Shown: positions 46,796 through 56,427 of the stretch, one piece after another
Layout of the letters: each line of letters opens with the position of its first letter
Position numbering within the stretch: the first letter of the stretch is position 1
Source: a virus
Direction: 5' to 3' (one strand)
DNA: 64,000 nucleotides
Virus record (IMG/VR): IMGVR_UViG_3300025921_000002
Coordinates: 10,997 to 74,996 of that record
Notes under the pieces: model-generated
The model's input: only the letters and a program-made list of their open reading frames with translations
Database searches by the model: none
Told to the model about the DNA's origin: nothing
Translations under genes and position numbers: made by a program

Positions 46796-47067
46796 TGATT
46801 CAGGTTATGTGGTTCTTCGCAAGATACTACCAAGTATCTTAGGTCATCTTCTTGACCAATTTTTTGAACATATAACCCTCGATTACGCAACTCATCAAAA
46901 AGCAATTCATTCCTTTCACTCACAGAACCTGCTGGAAATTGCGTTCTTTTAATGACACTCATCTTTTTTGACTGATTAATAACATTGTGATATGCAGATG
47001 GATTTTTATATTGCTCACGTTCCTCAAAAGGAGTGTTTGCCCAAAGCGGCCTATCTTTATTTTCCAT
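46783..47067 (-). CDS. hypothetical protein
   Basis: ORF in minus-strand island. Confidence 0.55.
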   Translation of the reverse strand: MENKDRPLWANTPFEEREQYKNPSAYHNVINQSKKMSVIKRTQFPAGSVSERNELLFDELRNRGLYVQKIGQEDDLRYLVVSCEEPHNLNQCSL

Positions 47068-47416
47068 GTTATTTAAAATAGTGATGAGCCAATTCCGTTC
47101 CTTTTATAATTATAAGCATAATTGCTCCGATAATCATAACAACATCAACACATTTCCGAGCGTGTTCTATCGTTCCAAACTTTTCCATAACTTACAAATT
47201 TTTTAGTGCAATGGCTATTATAAATAGCGACCAACAAATAATGTAAAACCATTTGTTATAAAATAACTTGTTCATCTTTTTATCCTTAAAATTATGTTAA
47301 TTAAAATTCCGAATAACAGTAACTCTATCATAGCTTAAAATAACTTTAGCATTTTGGCAATAATAATTGCGGCTACCTGCGAAAAAGAACCAATGCAAAA
47401 CCAAATGGCTCTTATC

Positions 47417-47890
47417 TTATTCTCCCTTTGCATAAAAAGTAAACCTTGTACCAAAAACAGTAACATGCAAATCATGCATTGCGCCAACAGGTGTTTCAGG
47501 TGTCGGCTCTACAAACGATGGCACTTTTCCAAAGTTTTTTGACAAATACAACTCAAGTTGCATCCTGAACTTTTGATTGTTATCGAATTTTACGTTTCTT
47601 ATCCCAAGATTTTTCAAAGCCCTGCATAATTCTTGCAGATACAACTCAAAATGCTTTGGTTCTAAATCCAAATCGTTTGCCGTGGTGGTTTTTTCTTCTT
47701 CCATTTTAATCATTGATTTAAAAAAGTCTTTAGGAGTAGATAATTTATCCAATCCAAAAGATTTCATATCTTGTACAGTGTAATGGGTAGTAAATATATT
47801 TCCACACCTATCTATAATCACACTTCCCCCATTTTTATTGGAATAAACGTCTCTTATGTCAAGATGAGAAGTTATTTTAGCTTTTTCCAT
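47417..47890 (-). CDS. hypothetical protein
   Basis: ORF with TATCTTTG promoter box just upstream. Confidence 0.65.
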   Translation of the reverse strand: MEKAKITSHLDIRDVYSNKNGGSVIIDRCGNIFTTHYTVQDMKSFGLDKLSTPKDFFKSMIKMEEEKTTTANDLDLEPKHFELYLQELCRALKNLGIRNVKFDNNQKFRMQLELYLSKNFGKVPSFVEPTPETPVGAMHDLHVTVFGTRFTFYAKGE

Positions 47891-47967
47891 ACACCAAAGA
47901 TAAAAACAATTATTGAATTAAACAAGTGTTTTTCAAAGTATTTGGAGAATTGTTTTATATTTACAAC

Positions 47968-48264
47968 ATGACATCCGAACATTTAGAAATGCTTGCCAGT
48001 CAAATCATGTTTTGGGGCATAACTGTTTTCTCCTGTATGATATGGTGGGAATTTTATAAGTCAAGGGATGGCAGGATGAGGGTGCTTGTCCTCTATCTAT
48101 TCGGAAGTAAAACGTTTATTTACGGGGGTGCGGGACTCTTTTTTCTCCTTTATGATTTCGGCTATTTCCGTGACTTCCCTCAACTCTATCTTAGGCTTAT
48201 TTTAAACGCCCCCATGATAGTTATTATGGTAGAATGGTACAGATATATCAAGTATAAAAAATAA
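47968..48264 (+). CDS. three-TM membrane protein
   Basis: hydrophobic helices; TATATTTA promoter box before ATG 47968. Confidence 0.6.
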   Translation: MTSEHLEMLASQIMFWGITVFSCMIWWEFYKSRDGRMRVLVLYLFGSKTFIYGGAGLFFLLYDFGYFRDFPQLYLRLILNAPMIVIMVEWYRYIKYKK

Positions 48265-48464
48265 TGGCTTATATCGCTTTATTTGGCTTTGGTTTTTTAA
48301 TGGGATTAATTGCTCCGCATCATAAACTATACATTAAAATAGCTGACTTATACCAAAAGGCCACTAAGAAATTTATAAAGGCTATGAGGCGACGCGGAAA
48401 AAAGATTAACCGATTAATGGTTGAACGTAATGAATTAAAACAAAGACTTGGTGAGCCTGTTTAA
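48264..48464 (+). CDS. single-TM basic coiled-coil protein
   Basis: N-terminal TM, basic tail; TAATG coupling. Confidence 0.55.
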   Translation: MAYIALFGFGFLMGLIAPHHKLYIKIADLYQKATKKFIKAMRRRGKKINRLMVERNELKQRLGEPV

Positions 48465-48529
48465 TAATCAGCTTCCACACTTTCAAAAAATGGCATATCA
48501 CTCGACAAGATAATGAGGGTATGCCATTT

Positions 48530-48742
48530 TCATGGATGCTCGTTTGCTATTTTCATTAATCTGATTTCTTCACGCAGCCGCCCGTTTTCTTCTCTCAACT
48601 GGTTTTGCAAATCATCGTTATATTTCGTCAGACTATCAGGATAGTACGGGCAATTTTTATGATGTTTAATTTCTCCACCGTCATAATGCATACATCCCAT
48701 TACGCATTTAGATTCGGCGGCTTGTTTGTTAGTGGGTGTCAT
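48530..48742 (-). CDS. hypothetical protein
   Basis: ORF, Cys/His cluster. Confidence 0.55.
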   Translation of the reverse strand: MTPTNKQAAESKCVMGCMHYDGGEIKHHKNCPYYPDSLTKYNDDLQNQLREENGRLREEIRLMKIANEHP

Positions 48743-48926
48743 GCTGTTGATTTTTTAAGCGTTGATCTATTTTTTCCATTACTGAATTATAGAGACTGTT
48801 ACATTGCTCCTCACTAAGTTTTTTATCCAGGATGAATTCGTCTATATTATTTCCGCCCGTGGTCAGTAAAGCGGCCTGAATAACCCGTAACTCATCATGC
48901 GTAAATTTCATGTTTGCCATTATCAT
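48729..48926 (-). CDS. hypothetical protein
   Basis: ORF in operon. Confidence 0.55.
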   Translation of the reverse strand: MIMANMKFTHDELRVIQAALLTTGGNNIDEFILDKKLSEEQCNSLYNSVMEKIDQRLKNQQHDTH

Positions 48927-49507
48927 TCTCCTTCTTTGCTTATGGTGGGTGGTGATGGTAATGGACGCCAGTGGGTGACGTTGATTTTATGCCTGTCAAT
49001 GGTTCTAAAACAAGGGTCGTCAAGCCCCCAATATAATTCAACGGGACGGCTAAATCCATTCTGCCATGTTAGATAATATGAGCTTGCTTCCGGCAGCCTA
49101 TCTTCAACACTTGTCCACTCATTCTCCTTTCTCAACCTCTCATTCTCTTCAGCTAATTGTTGGGTGTGGAGGGATAGTTGTTGGGTGGCGTAAAACTCCA
49201 TCGCTTCTAAAGCTTCCTTTTTGCTCACATCGCCGTTATCCCATTCAGCATCAAAAGAACCAGTAACGGCCTTTGTTAAATAATCCTCCGCGCTTTTACT
49301 CTCCGGTTTGGCGGGGATGGATTGTTCTGTCTTATTCATGGGTGAGTTTTTATCGTTCATAACCTTTTCAACCGCTTTTGCGGCTTTATTAAAAAGCTTT
49401 GCGCCAAATCGTTTTTTAACGACCTCGGTATTTTCGGCTATCCGTTTGTTAAGTGCCTTAAGCTGCTTGGCGGTTAGGCCGGCCGGGGCGTTATCTTCTT
49501 TTTTCAT
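48923..49507 (-). CDS. DUF551 domain protein
   Basis: WTSVEDRLPE...VTHWRPLPSPP. Confidence 0.75.
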   Translation of the reverse strand: MKKEDNAPAGLTAKQLKALNKRIAENTEVVKKRFGAKLFNKAAKAVEKVMNDKNSPMNKTEQSIPAKPESKSAEDYLTKAVTGSFDAEWDNGDVSKKEALEAMEFYATQQLSLHTQQLAEENERLRKENEWTSVEDRLPEASSYYLTWQNGFSRPVELYWGLDDPCFRTIDRHKINVTHWRPLPSPPTISKEGE

Positions 49508-49896
49508 TTCAATGCTTGGTTAATGGCTGGAGTTATTTTATATGAATCTTGATATTCAAGCCTGTTTTTATATTCCAGTATTATAGATAAATTCAGCTCC
49601 TTGAACTCTTTAAGAGCTTCTTTTGCCTGAAACTGTTCTGATTCTGTAGCTAATGAGTTTGTAATCAAGTCGGCCACTTTATTGTAACTAAGAACCAGTT
49701 TTGTTATGTGGTCATGTTCTGGCTGCCCTGTGCCGATTATGCCGCTTGGGTGTGCATCTTCCCAAAGAGATTTATAGCATTTCTCATCTTCATTTTTAGG
49801 TTCTATGCAATAAACTGCATTCAACCATCCACAGGCTGTACCATGAAGATAATTGGGTACGCCGCAAACACATTTTTCATTATCTAAGTTTTCCAT
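49504..49896 (-). CDS. hypothetical protein
   Basis: ORF in operon. Confidence 0.6.
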   Translation of the reverse strand: MENLDNEKCVCGVPNYLHGTACGWLNAVYCIEPKNEDEKCYKSLWEDAHPSGIIGTGQPEHDHITKLVLSYNKVADLITNSLATESEQFQAKEALKEFKELNLSIILEYKNRLEYQDSYKITPAINQALK

Positions 49897-49900
49897 TTTT

Positions 49901-50221
49901 CTATAAATTTAATAGTATATTTATTTGTTGTACCTGATATTCCAAATCTTCAAGCCGTTCTTCAATTGTCTTTTCCCCCTGCTTATCTTCTTTCGGCTCT
50001 GCGGGGGTGATGATGCGCCAGATATATCTATGCGTTCCTATTGGAGTTGCCTCTGATTCATCCTTTAAATCGCGCCATGTCCCAGCGAAAAGCCTTTGGA
50101 ATATCAGTTCAGCCTCTTTCGGTTCGTTGCCTTTATATGGCTGCATATCGGGCGTAAATACAAGGAAATGATTTCCGTATTCATCAGTGCCCATTTCGTT
50201 ATTGGTAGTTATTTTGCTCAT
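49901..50221 (-). CDS. hypothetical protein
   Basis: ORF; shares an EAEL..Q...W...IW domain with its neighbour. Confidence 0.6.
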   Translation of the reverse strand: MSKITTNNEMGTDEYGNHFLVFTPDMQPYKGNEPKEAELIFQRLFAGTWRDLKDESEATPIGTHRYIWRIITPAEPKEDKQGEKTIEERLEDLEYQVQQINILLNL

Positions 50222-50754
50222 TATATACCCCTTTCTAATTGGTAAAGTAATTGACTTATTTCCGACGCGAAATTCATTTCCTTATTTGGAGCGGGGCCAG
50301 TTTCGCTATCTCTAATATCCTGCCGATCTTCCATATACTCCAAAAGCTCGATCAGTAAATCCTCCGCATTAACGCTATATGGCAATACCCTTTCGTATTT
50401 CCTGACAGGTAGGATTTGCCAAATTTGCCTAATATCACAGCCTTTAAAATTTTGAGCGTCCTTATCGGTTCGCCATACATCCGTTATAACATCCTGATAC
50501 TGCCATACCAACTCCGCTTCCACCTCTCCGTCTAACATAAATTTATCCCCGTTGGGTAGATAGCAGTCGTGTGTTTGGACGGTGCGCTCGAATTGAGTCC
50601 ATAAGGCATGGTCTTGTTTCATTCGACGTATTTCAGCCTGCTCTTGCTCGTCAGCCATTATAGCTGCGTCTCCGCGTGTCCAGTCCGATCTTGGCTCTTT
50701 GTCCCCGTAAGGATTTTTTAGTCGCCCTTTGCCGTTATTGGTTTGAATTTTCAT
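50221..50754 (-). CDS. hypothetical protein
   Basis: ORF track 50221-50829; likely start at MKIQTNN. Confidence 0.55.
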   Translation of the reverse strand: MKIQTNNGKGRLKNPYGDKEPRSDWTRGDAAIMADEQEQAEIRRMKQDHALWTQFERTVQTHDCYLPNGDKFMLDGEVEAELVWQYQDVITDVWRTDKDAQNFKGCDIRQIWQILPVRKYERVLPYSVNAEDLLIELLEYMEDRQDIRDSETGPAPNKEMNFASEISQLLYQLERGI

Positions 50755-50940
50755 GGTTAACTTTTTTATAGCTGCGATATGGTAAAAAGTTGTGCTGATA
50801 TAGGTATTTAAAGAAATTCGTCGGAACATTGTAGCCCTCTTTTCTGTAGACTTTCCACGATGAATAACTTATGTGTATTATTACCCACCCAACAGGCATT
50901 ATAAATAACAGCACATAGCAGAAGTAGTTTAATGCCTTTC

Positions 50941-51132
50941 TCATAAGTAAAAGTATTTAAGATAGTTTGGGGTAATAAACAAATCTTCGCCTTTATTATC
51001 AGTCAGGCAGTTATTGTCCGGCGAATCGTACATTTCATTTTTGGTGAATAGCTCACCCTGTCCGATTATATTAATGGTTTCCCGGCATTCGATCCGGCTA
51101 CCCTTTTTGATCATTATTTCTTTAAGTTCCAT
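50941..51132 (-). CDS. hypothetical protein
   Basis: ORF in operon. Confidence 0.55.
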   Translation of the reverse strand: MELKEIMIKKGSRIECRETINIIGQGELFTKNEMYDSPDNNCLTDNKGEDLFITPNYLKYFYL

Positions 51133-51134
51133 AG

Positions 51135-51356
51135 CTAATTATTTTGAGTCTGATTAACGAGTTTAGCCTTATTAAAGGCTTCTAAAGCCTCTGATAATAT
51201 TTCGCCGACTATTTCTATATCTCCGCGATAAACGATGTAACAGCCGTCTTCTTTCGAGCCTCCAATGCTCAATCTATTGGTTATCGGGTCTATTGGTTCT
51301 TTGACTATCTTAAATCTGAAACCATTTGGCGTGGTTAGTAAAATTGCTTTTTCCAT
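51135..51356 (-). CDS. hypothetical protein
   Basis: ORF in operon. Confidence 0.55.
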   Translation of the reverse strand: MEKAILLTTPNGFRFKIVKEPIDPITNRLSIGGSKEDGCYIVYRGDIEIVGEILSEALEAFNKAKLVNQTQNN

Positions 51357-51691
51357 TTTCTACTTAGTTTTCACCCACCCCAACTCAATTATCTCCTCCG
51401 GTGACAGGGTGCGTGGTTCGCCGGAGTGGGTGAGGTAGGTTTTCATTATTTCCTGCTGTTAAGTGTTTACTGTTGGGGTGGGTGGGTTAACCAATTGCCT
51501 TTTCGCATTTTTTACAGCGTTGCTTTTCAGGCAGTAAAAAGAATGTTTTTACGTCAGGGTTCGCCCGGTTAATGGCATTACTCTCTGTCACTTCGAGGCC
51601 GCAAAAGGTTTGGTCTGCCATTGATATTCGTAAATGGTGCTTTTTCATGATCTTCTTTAAGTTATTATTCTATTGTAGAGCCATCTGATTC

Positions 51692-51919
51692 CTATATTTC
51701 TATTTGTTTAAGCCGTTTTATTATGCACTTTTCGCATGTTGCAACAGTATCAACTTCATGCCATCCGTTCCCTCTTATGCCCGGTTTAGCACCACATAAG
51801 GCAGCATTCCCCCAATATCCGGCAGTTCCTTTCGGCAACGGCTCAACAAAATGAACAACGCTGCCTTTATCTCTTTCAAAGCCGTTAAATGCTCTGCCTG
51901 ATTTTATTGCTGTTTTCAT
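51692..51919 (-). CDS. small Cys/His protein (possible Zn finger)
   Basis: H..ALCG...TCEKC. Confidence 0.6.
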   Translation of the reverse strand: MKTAIKSGRAFNGFERDKGSVVHFVEPLPKGTAGYWGNAALCGAKPGIRGNGWHEVDTVATCEKCIIKRLKQIEI

Positions 51920-51941
51920 AATCTATCTTTTTTTAAACCTG

Positions 51942-52091
51942 TTATTTGTTTAGTCCAGTAATTCTATTCCCATTTGGCGTTGTTGCCGTACCTAAGCAGA
52001 CATTGCAGGTTTTTAAATCCTTAGCTTGCTTGCTCTTGGTTTGATACATATTACCGCATTTTTTACAGCGGCATCTTACCGTTTGGCTCAT
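51942..52091 (-). CDS. small zinc-ribbon protein (49 aa)
   Basis: translated by hand: MSQTVRCRCKKCGNMYQ...TCNVCLG. Confidence 0.55.
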   Translation of the reverse strand: MSQTVRCRCKKCGNMYQTKSKQAKDLKTCNVCLGTATTPNGNRITGLNK

Positions 52092-52134
52092 GGCGTTATT
52101 TGTTTAGTAGGGATGGGGATTGGTAGAGGTTACC

Positions 52135-53016
52135 TTATTGAAAAGGTTCGCAACTTTCCGCGCAATCTTCCTGTTCGTCTAAGTCAAAATCATATTCAGC
52201 ACCATCTGTTTTTAATGATTGATCGTCCCATCTATCAAATGGCTGTTTGCTTTCTTCAATCAATTCGTCTATGCTTTCACCTTGCCTAAAAAATCGGACT
52301 GGTGTTTTATCGGATCGCATCTTAGCGGGTTTAACCTGCTCATATTTGTTTTCCATGCCTCTATTCCATTCGGGCTGGCAATCGCCGTCCTGGAGTTGCG
52401 TTAATAGCTTACGCTTAGATTTTTTATGGCATAGATTACAGTTTCCCTCATAGTCTTTTAATTGTAAGTCAAAAGATTGGTTAAGCCAAAATACAGCAAC
52501 ATCGGCTTTATTAATATTCCAATCCCAAAGTGGATACCACTGGTGCTTTTCTTTTGCCTTAATGAGATTGACTCTTTTTGGTTCGTCTTTTCTGTATCCA
52601 ATAACGGTGGTGTAATTCCTAAAATCGCCCCATCCAATCGATCTTGCATAGCTACGAATAGGATTAGTTTTTAACTCCCGCGTACAATGCTTGAATTTAG
52701 CATTAGGTATGCCATATTTCTTTATAACTTCTTCAAAAACCTCGCCTTTCCTTTTGGCTGTTTCAAAATTAACTACCCTGTGCGTAGATGATTTACGGCT
52801 CCCGTGATGCACAACGGCTTCAACCCATACAATCGGTAGTCCAAATATTGTTTCCAATTGATGAACAAAAACCAAAGTAGCTTCCTTCTCCCGACTGGTA
52901 TTTGCAAAAACAAATATCATCTCATAAGCATCCTTAAACCTTTTCCATAGCATATATGCCATTAACGCCGAAGTTCTGCCGCCGCTTGTTGATATTAAAA
53001 TCCGTGGCTTTCTCAT
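52135..53016 (-). CDS. PAPS-reductase-family (PP-loop) protein
   Basis: ISTSGGRTS PP-loop, FANTSREKEATL, CTRELK, IGYRKDEPKR, GNCNLCHKK. Confidence 0.85.
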   Translation of the reverse strand: MRKPRILISTSGGRTSALMAYMLWKRFKDAYEMIFVFANTSREKEATLVFVHQLETIFGLPIVWVEAVVHHGSRKSSTHRVVNFETAKRKGEVFEEVIKKYGIPNAKFKHCTRELKTNPIRSYARSIGWGDFRNYTTVIGYRKDEPKRVNLIKAKEKHQWYPLWDWNINKADVAVFWLNQSFDLQLKDYEGNCNLCHKKSKRKLLTQLQDGDCQPEWNRGMENKYEQVKPAKMRSDKTPVRFFRQGESIDELIEESKQPFDRWDDQSLKTDGAEYDFDLDEQEDCAESCEPFQ

Positions 53017-53186
53017 GCAAAGTCTTTGTGAAATGGTTTAGCCTTACCCTCTAAGTCTCTGTTGAAATAGGATTCAGGAATATATCCAAAATCTGTTCTG
53101 CGAAATAATGTACCGTATTCGCCTCGATACTGGCGGAGATATTCCTTAAAGTCATCTTCGTATTTAAAATCATGTTTACTTTTCAT
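53013..53186 (-). CDS. hypothetical protein (57 aa)
   Basis: translated by hand: MKSKHDFKYEDDFKEYLRQY...; ATGA overlap with the PAPS-reductase gene. Confidence 0.5.
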   Translation of the reverse strand: MKSKHDFKYEDDFKEYLRQYRGEYGTLFRRTDFGYIPESYFNRDLEGKAKPFHKDFA

Positions 53187-53235
53187 AATCTATCTTTTTT
53201 AAACCTGTTATTTGTTTAGTAGGGATGGGGATTAC

Positions 53236-53622
53236 CTATTTTAATTTTCTCTGATTTGCCGGGATTAAATACTTGGGTTCATACCAATGGTCGGTATCGC
53301 CCATCAATATTTTCATTTCAATTTTACCACGTACGGTAGTTATATTGATCCCGCCTACATTATTCTTATCTCCTTTTAGGAAATAGCTTCCTCCGGGTGG
53401 TATTTCAATAAGCTCAACAAATTTCAGTTCGTTGACTATTGTTTCGATAGTCTGAAACTCCCACCAACCCAATTGCCTGAATATATGAGGCATCTTAATT
53501 GCTTCATCCCAATGGACAGGTACAATATTGGGCACAATGTCATAATTTATAATATCACCGATTTTATGTGTACTACCGGGATAATCGGCTATTACCATTA
53601 CTCGTTTATCTGTCAGGCTCAT
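53236..53622 (-). CDS. hypothetical protein
   Basis: VIADYPGS...PHIFRQLGWWE. Confidence 0.65.
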   Translation of the reverse strand: MSLTDKRVMVIADYPGSTHKIGDIINYDIVPNIVPVHWDEAIKMPHIFRQLGWWEFQTIETIVNELKFVELIEIPPGGSYFLKGDKNNVGGINITTVRGKIEMKILMGDTDHWYEPKYLIPANQRKLK

Positions 53623-53643
53623 TTTCCTTTGGTTTTACTGCTT

Positions 53644-54027
53644 TTACTTTTGGGGTTGGATGGGGGGTTGACGCTTTAGTTGCCGTATTTTAGAATTGGC
53701 CTGTTTTATATAGGCCATTTGCTCGATAATTACAGCTTCTGCCTCTGTTTTTGCTGTACGGTAACTTTTTCCGCTTCTTAAAAATGATTGCTGTTCATTT
53801 AGTTTTAAACTTTCAATGATTTTAATAGCATCTTCTTTTGTAATGCCAATCTTAAACTTAACGTCGCCGTTGGTTTTACCATTGCGCCAAATGCTTTCCA
53901 TAATTCTGTAGTCATCTTCCCAACGAAGTAATACACATCTATTATTCCATCCGGCTATTATAGCATCGGTATTAACCTCGCATTTACCAGTTTTATTTAA
54001 TTTTGTTATAAAATCTTTTGCGTTCAT
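53644..54027 (-). CDS. hypothetical protein
   Basis: ORF in operon. Confidence 0.6.
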   Translation of the reverse strand: MNAKDFITKLNKTGKCEVNTDAIIAGWNNRCVLLRWEDDYRIMESIWRNGKTNGDVKFKIGITKEDAIKIIESLKLNEQQSFLRSGKSYRTAKTEAEAVIIEQMAYIKQANSKIRQLKRQPPIQPQK

Positions 54028-54112
54028 CTCCCTAATCTTTTAAGTTCCAACCGTAACACTTCACATTCGTTAAATAGTTCCTCGTAGCTTAGTCCGTTCT
54101 CTGCCATCTTTA

Positions 54113-54634
54113 TTAGTTGTCAAACCAAAAAACCACCCTGCTTTCAAAGCCCTGTTCTTCAAAGGAGTCTAAAATAGCCAACATGACATTATATTCGGGT
54201 TCTTTGTATTGTTGGCTATCTGGGTGTTGGTAGTATATTTCTAATTGCTTTTTATACTCGTCGCGTGTTAGCCACGTATGCGAGTGCCAGTCAGAGGCAA
54301 AAACCCGCGTTTTGCTTTCGTCGGTATATGTTGTATATCCTTTTTTGATATATTCGTGTGCTCTTTCTTTTGAAATATACCCGCTTTCATCATTATCATT
54401 TTCATCCACTATAAAATCAGATACATCAGTAATAGTGTAGTATCCCAATGTTTTAAATGGCGGAAGTCCTTTTGGCTCAATTCCGTTTTCATTATCGCTC
54501 CTTACTCCTTTTGATAATAACCCAAACATATAGTAATTCCTACCCGGATTTATTCTACTGCCAAAATTGGTGAATTGCTCGCGGTCGTTGTCGCTGCGCT
54601 TGTACTCAACGTACATGTGTATATCGCATCCCAT
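54113..54634 (-). CDS. conserved phage protein (MGCDIH...RVVFWFDN family)
   Basis: MGCDIHMYVE, RNYYMFG, HSHTWL and VFWFDN motifs recur in many phages. Confidence 0.75.
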   Translation of the reverse strand: MGCDIHMYVEYKRSDNDREQFTNFGSRINPGRNYYMFGLLSKGVRSDNENGIEPKGLPPFKTLGYYTITDVSDFIVDENDNDESGYISKERAHEYIKKGYTTYTDESKTRVFASDWHSHTWLTRDEYKKQLEIYYQHPDSQQYKEPEYNVMLAILDSFEEQGFESRVVFWFDN

Positions 54635-54638
54635 AACT

Positions 54639-55076
54639 TTATTTATTTAATTTGGTTAATTTCTGCTTTTGAATTTGTAACTGTTCGTACATTTCCCGAA
54701 CAGCCTGTGACAATGCGCCCCTTTCAACTCCTTTTGAGTATTCTTCCCTTATTTTATTCTCAAGGGTAGCTGGCAGTATTATTTGGTATGTTGTGTACCC
54801 GAGACCTATCTTGTTGTAACATTCTTCGCGATATTTTTTAATGAAAACTTTCTCGTGTTCGGTGTAATTTCCGTCCTCGATTATGAATAAAACATCCATT
54901 TTTGGATTAGAGCAATTCCCATCGTTAAATGCCTTTTGCATTGCCTTGTTATTATGCTTATTTCGCCTTAGGGTATTTAAGTGATGGTTTAGTCTTGCTT
55001 TTAAATTAACGGTTTGACCTATATAACAAATTGGGTTATTGTCAAAACTTAATTTATATACATATCCTGTTTTCAT
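54639..55076 (-). CDS. GIY-YIG nuclease with RHH-like C-terminus
   Basis: GYVY...YIGQT..LKARLNHH..HNNKAMQ..E..YN. Confidence 0.75.
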   Translation of the reverse strand: MKTGYVYKLSFDNNPICYIGQTVNLKARLNHHLNTLRRNKHNNKAMQKAFNDGNCSNPKMDVLFIIEDGNYTEHEKVFIKKYREECYNKIGLGYTTYQIILPATLENKIREEYSKGVERGALSQAVREMYEQLQIQKQKLTKLNK

Positions 55077-55095
55077 AAAACAAAGATAGACATTT

Positions 55096-55302
55096 TTATG
55101 TCACTTCCAAATTTATTTGATATTTTTTTTCAAAATAGTCTGCAATCTTTTCAAAATCCCCCGGCAACCATCTTTTATTGCGGTTATTATTATTTTTATC
55201 ACTGATGATACGGGCGTTGCCAAACACTTCTTTGGATATAACGGACATATTAAATTCGTTGCCATTTATTACTTCTGTTACAGTCATGTACAAATATGAC
55301 AT
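55096..55302 (-). CDS. small HTH-like protein
   Basis: ORF; helical. Confidence 0.5.
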   Translation of the reverse strand: MSYLYMTVTEVINGNEFNMSVISKEVFGNARIISDKNNNNRNKRWLPGDFEKIADYFEKKYQINLEVT

Positions 55303-55359
55303 TTAATTGTCTATAATCCAAATCTTATTTTCCCTACATTTAAAGAAAAAAAAACAAAC

Positions 55360-55587
55360 ATGCCGGGAACAGACGCATTACAGGCTTAAATTGATGCTTT
55401 AGAAGCACAGGTAGCCGCAGAAAAACTACAGGAACAGAACGATGAAAACTCGCTTGCGGGTAAAAAAGCACTGCTGGACAAGTTACAGTTCATTAACCGT
55501 ATTGAGGGTTTAAGTGATGATGATATAGCTTACGTTAATAATGCTATGTCTAATGATGGTTCTACGCTATCTATTGTTAGGTCTTAA
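55360..55587 (+). pseudogene. coiled-coil small gene interrupted by an in-frame TAA at codon 10
   Basis: MPGTDALQA*IDALEAQVAAEK...; TACATTTA promoter box before it and terminator hairpin after it. Confidence 0.6.
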
Positions 55588-55643
55588 GATTAAGGGGGAG
55601 ATTTATTTCTCCCTTTTCTTACTGTTCAATTTTTGCAACTGTA

Positions 55644-56408
55644 CTATTCATGCGATGCCTCTCCTCTTAATAGAAGACCATTAGAAAGCCTTTTGAATAC
55701 AGTGCCTTTATCACTAAGGAAGTAGGCTTGCCCGGGGAACTTCTCAAAGAAGCTGCGCCTGTTGTGGCCTGTCTCGACCTTTTCTACGCGCTTGTAGGAC
55801 TTAATAAGGTACAAGTTATTAAAACTTTTCTGTATTCGCAAGCCCGTTGACTGGCTTCTTTCACATAATTCACCTATTTTTTTATTGCTCAATGTAAGGT
55901 CGTTTACTAAGTAACTTTCAGCGTTTAAGTTAAGACGTTTGGCTTTCTTATAAAGTCTTTTGGCGACCTTGTAAGGAAATCTTACGCCCTGCATGAATTT
56001 TAAGACGTCGTTACGCGAGTTATACTCCCTGAACTGGCAATGAATATTTCTTTTTATTAAAGCGAACCTTAAAAGGTCACGCTGCTGTGACTTGTTGTTG
56101 CTTACTCCTATGGCTATTAATTTGCCTTCAAAACTATTAGTTGATTTAAGGTGTAGGTAGCCTGCGGAATAATGGGCTAATCCCTGCTTAATTAGTACCG
56201 AAATATGCGTTTTTACCGTCGTGGGGCTACAATTGATACCTGCAGAAATTTTCCTTAATGACGGGGCGTAAATAACTGGCCTGTGGTGGAGTTTCTTCAA
56301 CCAGACGTAGTAACATAAGCTATCAAGCCAATATCCCTCCACAGCGTCTTTAATTAGCTGTAGGGGCAGGTATAGTTTACTTACGTAGGGGGTGTGCAAA
56401 TACTCCAT
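55644..56408 (-). CDS. basic protein with two HTH-like segments (possible replication initiator/regulator)
   Basis: SLRKISAGINCSPTTVKTHISVL and LSNKKIGELCERSQSTGLRIQK; start moved to ATG 56408. Confidence 0.55.
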   Translation of the reverse strand: MEYLHTPYVSKLYLPLQLIKDAVEGYWLDSLCYYVWLKKLHHRPVIYAPSLRKISAGINCSPTTVKTHISVLIKQGLAHYSAGYLHLKSTNSFEGKLIAIGVSNNKSQQRDLLRFALIKRNIHCQFREYNSRNDVLKFMQGVRFPYKVAKRLYKKAKRLNLNAESYLVNDLTLSNKKIGELCERSQSTGLRIQKSFNNLYLIKSYKRVEKVETGHNRRSFFEKFPGQAYFLSDKGTVFKRLSNGLLLRGEASHE

Positions 56409-56427
56409 CAATACGATATAAAAATAA

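Larger units (their letters stand above)
51913..53233. repeat. dispersed direct repeats at gene junctions (about 41 bp and 27 bp)
   Basis: 51913-51954 matches 53180-53220 with one T indel; 52095-52121 is identical to 53207-53233. Confidence 0.85.
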
